The notes below the pieces were generated by a model. That model made no database searches. It worked only from the letters and a program-made list of their open reading frames with translations, and had not been told where the DNA came from. From Eledone cirrhosa (lineage: Eukaryota), in assembly GCA_964016885.1 (NCBI GenBank), contig OZ024742.1, positions 318,308,001 through 318,372,000 on the forward strand: DNA of 64,000 nt. The letters run 5' to 3'. The translations under genes were made by a program, and so were the position numbers. Positions 56,023 through 64,000 of this stretch are shown piece after piece. Every line of letters begins with the position of its first letter. Position 1 is the stretch's first letter.

Positions 56023-57752
56023 TTACCTCTTCGTCTCCTGGGGACCAGGCTGCACAATTTCCATGGGGGTGTTGGAAGGGTTGTTTGGTGGGGTGAGGAC
56101 ATCAGTGTGTGGTGTGATTAGGGTGTTTGGTGGGGTGTGGGTGTCTGGTGTGGGGGTGGGGAAACATCTCAATAGGACGCTGTTATGTGGTTTGGTGCAG
56201 TTGGTCCCCACATGCATTGGATGGTTCTTTTTCAAAGTTACATAGGTTTCCGTTGGGCCCCTAATCATCATTAGGTGCGGTTTGTTCGCTGCGTAGGTGA
56301 AAGGGTTATTTTCTATCGCTTTCATCAACGTTTTATTGTTCTTGTTAATGTATGTATAGAGTTTTTGTTGTGTTGTGTTTGTTTTTGTTTGTTGTTCTTG
56401 TGCGTGTTTGCGTTTTGTAGTACGTGTTATGTTTTGGGGAGGGGTGGGGTTTTTTATTTGTGATGTTTGTTCTGTTTGTGCTGGTGGTTGTGTGTTTGTG
56501 GCATTTTTGTTAATGTGGTGCCTTTTTTTTTTCTTTTCACCTGTTGAAAGACTTCTCCCTCGTCGTCACTGGGTGACGTTGATACGGAGTCCTCTTCCGT
56601 GTTGTTGGGAAGGGGTATATTTTGGGGTTTTGTTGTGGTTGCTTTTGTATTTGTTTTAGGTGAGGAGGGGTTGGGTGGAACAGTGTTTTGTGTTGTTATT
56701 TTTCCGTGTTGTTGTGGTTGTTGTTGTTGTTGTGGTGGTGGTGGTGGTTGTGTTGTTGTGTTCGGGGTTGGCAGAAGAGCCTTTTTTTTTTTACTCGTTA
56801 ATTGAGGACAGGCAGCCCTCAGGTGACCCCTGCTTAAGCAGTGGTAACATGACGGCGGCCTTCCCTCCACTGAAATGTTTATGTAAGTTAGCCCGTCCAG
56901 AGGCACGCGTTGTGGGATATTCGCTATTCGTTCTGGGCTCATTTGCACCAGAACTTCTACTGTGGTCCCACCAAATACACCTCCGGAGGACTTTCCTATT
57001 GAAATTATCTTGTCTTCGTCAAAGTTAATTATTCCACATAGTATCCACCAAATATTTACATTTGGTGTGATACTCATTATTTTTATTCTTTGTGTCCTTT
57101 TTCCCCTGTATGTGGGGAAAAAGGTGAAGCGGGGGGACACAATGGGTGCTACCGAGTACTTTTGAGCTGTTGACTGGTTGTTCATTAGCACCGAAATGCT
57201 ACCAAACAGTTTACCTTTTTGTATGAAGGTTAAGTCCTTCATTGCATCTTTTAGAACCAGCTCAATTTCATTTTGTGATAATTGAGCTGGTTTACTTGTT
57301 TCGTTCGATATTGTCCTGAAAACCACAGTTTTCAGGACAGCCTCTCTACGTAATTCCTGTGGAGAATTGATGCTAAAAGCACCGTTTTCGCCAAAAGTCA
57401 CGAATTGATTTGCGTCTTGTAATAGCATTTGTTATGTCTATTGGCGTGTATAGTTCATTTTTTTTACAGTCTGTGCGAATGTTGTTTTGGTGTTGTTGTC
57501 TTTTTTGTTACTGTCACTGTTGGTAATATTGGTGTTGCTATTGTTGCAGTTGTTGGTTGTGGTGTTATTGTCATTGTTCTTGTTGTTGGTGCTGGTATTA
57601 TTTACCAGGTTTGGTTTCGTGGTTTCGATATTTTTCACGTTTTTCGATGATGCGAGGGGGGAAGGCTGCAAGCTTTGTACTCCTACCTTCCCTCCACCAC
57701 TTTTCTTAGTGGGCGTAGCACTCACGACAGTGTGCGAGGTGGAAATGGCATC
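56023..57752 (-). pseudogene. Tx1 ORF1 (gag-like CCHC), frameshifted
   Basis: CYHCLSRGHLRAAC; pieces 57438-57752, 56454-57428 and 56023-56328. Confidence 0.85.
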
Positions 57753-59094
57753 CATTGCCACCAAGTCTACAGTTTTTAGATGAAAATTGAAAATTTCGCC
57801 CCAGAAAGGGGCGAAAATTAGTTGACTCAACGTCTGACGGCCCAGGCAAGGGGTTAAACTAAACAATGTTATTAAATTGAGCAATAAACTCACAGTTTTT
57901 TTTACAACAATCCGTAAAAATCCGGAGCAAAGTAAATCACGTCTATATCAAGTGGTAATTGATATAGAGAGGAGGGTTGGAAGAGAGTTCCGTGTAGTAG
58001 CTATAGAGAGGGGGATTGGAAGAGAGTTCCGTGTAGTAGATATAGAGAGGGGAAGAGTTTGGTGTTTATTGATATAGAGAGGGGGTTTGGAAGAGAGTTC
58101 CGTGTAGTACATATAGAGAAGGGGAGAGTTTGGTGTTAATTGATATAGAGAGGGGTATTGGGAGAGAATGTTGTATGGTTGATGTAGAGAGGGGAGAGTT
58201 TGGTGGTAATAAATGGAGTGAGAGGATTGATAGAGAGAGGTATTGATAGATATAGAGAGGGGGAGAGTTTGGTAGTGATGGATAGAGTGAGAGGGAATGA
58301 GAGAGAATGTTGTATGGTAGATAGATAGAGAGGGATAGTTTGGTGGTAATTGATATAGTGAGGGGGGTTGTGAGAGTGTGTTGTATATTAGATATAGAGA
58401 GGGGGAGATTGGTGTTTATTGATATAGAGAGGGGAGAGTTTGGTGGTTGTAGATATACAGAGATGGATAATGGGAGAGAGCCGTGTAGTAGATATAGAGA
58501 GGGTGAGAGTTTAGGGGTGATTCATATACAGAGGGGGATTGGGACATATAAGTGTAAATATTTATAGAGAGTGAGAGAGTGTATTAGTCTTAGATGTAGG
58601 GAGTGGGATAAGAGAGGCGACTTCGAGATAGATTTAGAGATGGGTAGAGTTTGGTTTTAATAGATACAGAGAGGGGGATTAAAAGAGAGTTTTGTGTGAT
58701 AGACATAGAGAGAAGAGTGTTTGGTGGCACTCTCGAGTCCTAAATAATTGGAGGGGTGGCAATAATTGGGGGGGGGGGTCTAGGGAAATCAGTAATTGTA
58801 TAGTGTACGTTGGTAAATATGGGTTGTCTTGTAATGTTCTTCTTTTGTCATATATAATGTCTTTTTTAAGGTAAAATAAAATTATTAGATTCTTCAGCTG
58901 CTGTATCAATATGAATCACTTGCAATAAAATTTCGCCAGAGATAGAATAGTAAAATTTAATAAGCGAGTAAGGGTGGGGGTGGAAACAATCTGACAAATT
59001 AAAAAGCGGGGGGGGGGGGGGGCGATTATTCGCGACTTGAGAGTACGTGAATTATTGACGGACGTATGAAAACTCAATACCGAAGTAGAGTTTA

Positions 59095-59215
59095 AATATT
59101 CATTTATTATGGCTACGCCTTGTTACTCTAGAGTCTCACCTGCGTATTCCCGTGAGTGCGCAGGTGAAACTTTAGAGTAACAAATCTCACCAATAGCCAT
59201 AATAATTAAATGTAT
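59095..59215. repeat. Palindrome centred on a hammerhead stem-II-like hairpin
   Basis: ACCTGCGTATTC-CCGT-GAGTGCGCAGGT followed by GAAACTTTAGAGTA. Confidence 0.65.
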
Positions 59216-59746
59216 ATATATAATCTGAGTTTTTCGAATATTAATAATAATATTCGATTCGTTTGCAATAATACATATATATATATATAGGAGATAAATA
59301 AATTGGATATAATACCAGTTTCTTATGCGAAGAAGCTCGATATATTAAGCCCTTAGGAAAGGGCACAGAGCATAATTTTTCTTTAAATTATATAGATACA
59401 GTGGCAGTGGAACTGGGGGAGGGGAGGGGCATACCCCCTCGAATAATTATATTTTCTCCCAAACTACCAAAACACACATCTATTTGGATATGTGCTAAAA
59501 TGTATGTACATGTTATGTTTATCGCATATCAAAGTTTGCTGACCATTTCAGAGTGCAAAGAGCTATACTACCCCTACAACTAAATTGTGCGCATATATAT
59601 ATATATATAAGCAAGAGGGATATTTAATTTGTTGGTAATTCAACAAATATATATGATTATAACTGATTCGAAGCACTCGACAAGTTTTCTGGAGTATAAT
59701 ATCAATGATATTAAATAAATGGAAACTATATTTATACAACCATATT

Positions 59747-59809
59747 TATTCTATTATATATATATTTCAAGGGTACCAAAACTTTGGTACGCTCTCATCA
59801 GATAAAATA
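59747..59809 (-). ncRNA. Type-I hammerhead, family A
   Basis: UAUUUUAU-CUGAUGA-GAGCGUACCAAAGUUUUGGUACCCUU-GAAA-(UA)5^AUAGAAUA. Confidence 0.75.
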
Positions 59810-60075
59810 CAAAGTTTGTTTTATAAATATTGACATATCCAAGATCAAGATCTTAACGGTTCAAGTTTAATCTATGATATTCATTACACTTGACTATATC
59901 TTATACACCTTTAAAATGATCCTATTATTTACTGAGTTTTTTTGCCTACTCATCTTAATAATTTGAAATATTTGACTTTTCTTCTCTTTCCCTTCTTTCC
60001 TATTACTATCCAGGAAAAACTTGAACCGTTAAGATCTTCTTCCTGGATATGTCAATATTTATAAAACAAACTTTG

Positions 60076-60136
60076 TATTTTATCTGATGAGTGCGTACCA
60101 AAGTTTTGGTACTCTTGAAATATATATAATAGAATA
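60076..60136 (+). ncRNA. Type-I hammerhead, family A
   Basis: 8-bp stem I UAUUUUAU/AUAGAAUA; CUGAUGA; long stem II; GAAA; U-AUAU-A; AUA triplet. Confidence 0.72.
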
Positions 60137-61246
60137 AATATGGTTTTATAAATATAGTTTCCATTTATTTAATATCATATATATATATATATATATAATG
60201 TTTTTGAAAAAACTAATTAACCCGAGTGTATATTATTTTTTGCTTTTCTCGTGTAAAGTGGTTGTCTCCCTTTCCCGCTTCGTGACGCTATGAAACTTCC
60301 TCAGTCAAAAAACTGCTGGAATTTCAAATTTGGCGGTCATTCGATGCGTGAAGGAGCAGCTTAGCAGACACGATTTTTAACTGCGGTAAGAATTTTTTCT
60401 TATATCAAAGTTTAATGGGCTTCCACTGAAGATTTATAAGTGCCCACCTAAATATATTCTTACATGAATATATGTTAGGCTTCTACATAAACTGGAAATA
60501 TTCTCCCAATTTGTAGAAAACTTATAATGAAACAATTGTTTGGAAAGAGAGATATATTTTAACTTTAATTTTCCACACTGAAACTCCTATGATATTCCAG
60601 CCACGTATCTGTTGTATATCGGGTGACCACGTTACCGATAACACCATAGTACCTCTCTATGTCATTACCCATCAACTTAATACTCATAACTGCCATACAG
60701 GATAATCTACTAGTGTTTACATTCGTTTATATTAAATATTGTTGTCAATGTGATTTATTACAACCAGTGAATGCGATGTCTCAGCACGGCTACGTTACCA
60801 TGTCTGAAACATATTAAAGAATAACAAAGCATACGTTATACTATCTTGATCGTCTTCCCCATAAATTATGATTTCATTACTAAGATAGTAACTTAACGTA
60901 CGATTCTTATATAAAATTATACTAGGTTTTAATTTAAATAGACAACCCTTTAAAATGGATGGTTTTGTTTTATAGACACAGAGCTGGTTTTGGTTGTGCT
61001 AGTGTCAAAATTTATCTTATATTTTGTAATACATGCTCTGTTGTACATAACTATTTGTTATCTAATTAATTACGTGTCTAAACGAATGCACATCATATAA
61101 ATTAGACTAGCAGTTTATAAATTAGATTACAGTTACGTTCTATTTGGTTTATGTTTGACTTATACTGTATATATATAGCAGTTATTTACAGTGAGAAATC
61201 TATGTTAACTTTGTTACACATTTTTTTTTTTTTTACATTATTTTAG

Positions 61247-61411
61247 ATGGTAAATGCAATCGCATTCGAGGAATACCAAATTTGAAAGCTAAATACAGAG
61301 ATAGACGGAGATATGTATTCTTCAGCTGCAAGCGAAAATATACACTGGTTGGTGTGCGTTATGCAGAATGCAACCGAGATTCTTGGTCACAAGACCCTCC
61401 AATATGTGTCG
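61247..61411 (+). CDS. Host exon encoding one Sushi/CCP (SCR) domain
   Basis: tttt..ttttag|165 nt|gtatgt; phase 1-1; GKCNRIRGIPN..VFFSCKRKYTLVG..AEC..SWSQDPPICV (four Cys plus the conserved Trp). Confidence 0.88.
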
Positions 61412-61632
61412 GTATGTGTTTTAATTCTCTTTTTCTTTGTACCGTATTTTACTTTTTTGTTTTGCGCATTTCTGAGTAATTATAATCTATTCAACTTTGT
61501 CAATCACATCTTAAAAGGGATTCACTGCGCGTTAGAATCGTTTTTTTTTTTTTTTTCTTAAATCCAATGGTGTAGGAGCGCAAGCACGATATCCCTATTT
61601 CAAAATCCTTCACAACAAAAACTTCTATTTAA

Positions 61633-62160
61633 CTCTTTAGCATTTAAACCGTCCGTATCCAGCCAGAATTCTCTCAGCTCTTTCTGTTCAAACCGACCAT
61701 AACTGTCTACTCATACTGATGTTAAGGTATTGTTCTCAAAGTAAATAACATCAAAATCTCAAAGATTCGATATTATGTGAGATAATTATGTGAGATAAAG
61801 CCTTTACCATGAAAATACACTAGTATATATATAGAGAGAGAGAGCAGTCATGGGCAACCTGCGGCCCGCGAAGCTTTCTGAATGGTTCGCCTAAGTCACC
61901 AAAGTGAAATCTTTCTGACATTTTTACCCCAACTTTTCAGTCGTAATTTATCTTTCTATCATTTTTACGATAGAGGAAACAACGGGTACAAATTCTGAAG
62001 AAACAAATCAAAACAACCTGAGTTACCGCCCTTTTTTTAATGTGGGCACGAATGTAAATTAATGCTTGCGGCCCGTCGGATGATGAGCCATATCGCATGC
62101 GGCCCGCTTCTCGAAAAAGGTTGCCCATGCCTGATATATAGTAATGTAAATGCTAAAGGG
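61633..62160. mobile_element. piggyBac-type MITE
   Basis: TTAA-CTCTTTAGCATTTA...TAAATGCTAAAGGG-TTAA. Confidence 0.75.
61845..62133. mobile_element. hAT-type MITE nested in the piggyBac MITE
   Basis: CAGTCATGGGCAACCT...AGGTTGCCCATGCCTG; subterminal GCGGCCCG motifs. Confidence 0.75.
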
Positions 62161-62576
62161 TTAAACACCAGATTCTGGGGAAATACAGACATTTCTAAAA
62201 GCCCCTACCCCAAAACTGGTTAATGTCACATTCACAGGGTTATAACGAGATAAATCTTCAGATATTTCAAATTGTTTCATTTCAGATTTTCTTTATCTTT
62301 ACACTCATTCTACTCTCAACATTTCTTCTCTCATTCGTCTACTTTATTCTTTTTCTCTTTCAACACCCAATAATCGCTTACTCCATCGCTATTATTTACT
62401 CCACCGCTCATATTTTACTCTCTTTTAATTCCACGTAAAATATTTGTTCTTATATTTTCAATAAAAAAATTAAAAAAATTAAAAAAAGTTTTCCCCCAAT
62501 ATCTCCAAAATGAACACCTATGACAGTCACAGAAAATAATATTTCTACTATCTGTACTTCTCTCTCTCTCTCTCCG

Positions 62577-62607
<31 letters not shown>

Positions 62608-62675
62608 TTACACAGAGGAGAAAAGTATATATTCTCAGCTGTCTTCTAGTCCAGCAGTCGCAAGCGGTGGGAGGG

Positions 62676-62719
62676 ACCGTCCTGACGAAGGCCAGTTAAG
62701 TCTGAAATGCATAGACGGT
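62676..62719 (+). ncRNA. Minimal type-I hammerhead (in element ~62615-62882)
   Basis: ACCGUC-CUGACGA-AGGC/CAGUUAA/GUCU-GAAA-UGC-AUA^GACGGU; palindromic AUGCAU. Confidence 0.8.
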
Positions 62720-62889
62720 TGTCCCCCTTGCTTCTGCTGGACATCACTAGAGGGCGTTAGCCCCCCCACCCCCCGGTGTTTGCATAGCTACGGCTACCTA
62801 AAACTGTATTTCTTTGGAGATACGAAATATTTATACATATTGTATAAAGCTATACTTGAAGCAAAATCCTATTTCTCTTTTATATATAT

Positions 62890-63657
62890 AAGTATGTATA
62901 CGTACATACATATATGTATACAGACGTACAGTAGTATGTATATATATATACATACATGCACACATATATATATGTACGTATGGATTCATCGAACATTTAT
63001 TATAATTCTCGGTGTGTTTGTAAACAAACATCCCGAATTAAGCCGCACGGTGTCTAGCAACCATCGTTGCTCATTTGTTCAACACTGACAAAGGAACGCT
63101 GTACTAGTTTCAAGCTTATTAGCTATCGTCAGCAACGTATACCTTCCTTCCAGATGATTGAACGTCTGAAAGTATATACTTTCCTTATGCATATTAACGG
63201 CTGAGCAGCCGTTTCATTTTTTCCGTTTATCGTTTTCGTTACCCCGGCCGATTAACTCACTCGATATGCAAATTAGGCTGCTCAGCTGTTAATATGCATA
63301 ATGAAAGTATATACTTTCAGACGTTCAATCATCTGGCAGGAAGGTATACTATGCTGACGATAGCTAATAAGCTTGAAACTAATACAGCGTTCCTTTGTCA
63401 GTGTTGAACAAATGAGCAACGATGGTTGCTAGACACTGTACGGCTTAATTCGGGATGTTTGTTTACAATCACACCGAGCATTATAATAAATGTTCGGTGA
63501 ATCCATACGTACATATATATATATGTGTGCATGTATGTATATATATATATACATACTACTGTACGTCTGTATACATATATGTATGTACGTATACATACTT
63601 ATATTTAAGTAACAGCCGTACTAAGAGTGAGAAATGAAATTTCGTTTCATTTTTTCC

Positions 63658-63661
<4 letters not shown>
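62890..63661. mobile_element. Second copy of the ~430-bp monomer plus inverted arm element
   Basis: Direct repeat GTTTCATTTTTTCCGTTTAT at 63211 and 63644 (period 433); inverted arm ~62890-63210. Confidence 0.85.
63096..63138 (-). ncRNA. Minimal type-I hammerhead (mirror copy 63348-63390 plus is degenerate)
   Basis: ACGUUG-CUGACGA-UAGCU/AAUA/AGCUU-GAAAC-UA-GUA^CAGCGU. Confidence 0.72.
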
Positions 63662-63703
<42 letters not shown>

Positions 63704-63854
63704 AGTGTAACGTGGAGTTACTGTAGATTCACCCAGCTGAGCATTCGATGTTTAGGTTCACGTCAGTGGCGAGGTGTAGAGCTAAACAGAGTGTAATATA
63801 ATAATACAAGGACGATTTGTTAAGTCTTGATTATGTTTATTGATTGGTGCAGTG

Positions 63855-64000
63855 AATTGGCAGTATCAGTAGAAGGTCAGACGCCATGCTTTCCAGCATA
63901 GTTACGTCCCTTTACGGCCTGAGTTCAAATCCTGCCAAGGTTAACTTTGCCTTTCATCCTTACGGGGTCGATAAAATAAAGTACCAGTAATGCACTGGGT
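63855..64000 (+). mobile_element. tRNA-derived SINE (same family as 27995), cut by the window end
   Basis: GAGTTCAAATCC B-box; GCCTTTCATCCTTACGGGGTCGATAAAATAAAGTACCAG. Confidence 0.75.

Larger units (their letters stand above)
52367..57945 (-). mobile_element. Tx1-like LINE copy D, full length, frameshifted
   Basis: 5' TAGACGTGATTTACTTTGC, ORF1, ORF2, and a 3' UTR ending AATAAATAGAAAT. Confidence 0.92.
52060..58720. repeat. Purine-rich ~27-33-bp minisatellite (GATATAGAGAGGGG...) interrupted by LINE copy D
   Basis: Units at 52060-52366 continue at 57952-58720. Confidence 0.85.
59609..60178. mobile_element. Hammerhead family A element with two divergent ribozymes
   Basis: Arms ~59705-59868 and 60017-60178; (TA)n flanks. 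Confidence 0.85.

Overview
Repeat-saturated eukaryotic DNA. The microsatellite load and the SINE/LINE repertoire point to a coleoid cephalopod such as Octopus (inference). Almost all short ORFs are microsatellite artefacts. Real coding content: five copies of a Tx1-like (L1-group) LINE, three of them stacked at 11.7-22.8 kb, including a ~3 kb tail-to-tail inverted pair; Penelope-like (PLE) RT/GIY-YIG fragments; R4/Dong-, CRE- and RTE-like fragments; one convincing host exon (Sushi/CCP domain, 61247-61411); and a few weaker exon candidates. The most striking unannotated structure is about 15 minimal type-I hammerhead ribozyme motifs from about 7 families, which I folded by eye. They lie in non-coding, mostly head-to-head palindromic elements inserted in (TA)n tracts. 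One family is a ~430-bp terminally redundant, retrozyme-like monomer. Retroelement families appear to partition microsatellites: Tx1 in (CTAT)n, R4 and RTE in (CATA/TATG)n, PLE-derived elements in (TA)n. In both full-length Tx1 copies ORF1 and ORF2 are in frame and the ORF1 stop overlaps a 5' splice-site consensus. No searches or folding programs were run; coordinates are hand-counted and may be off by a few nt.
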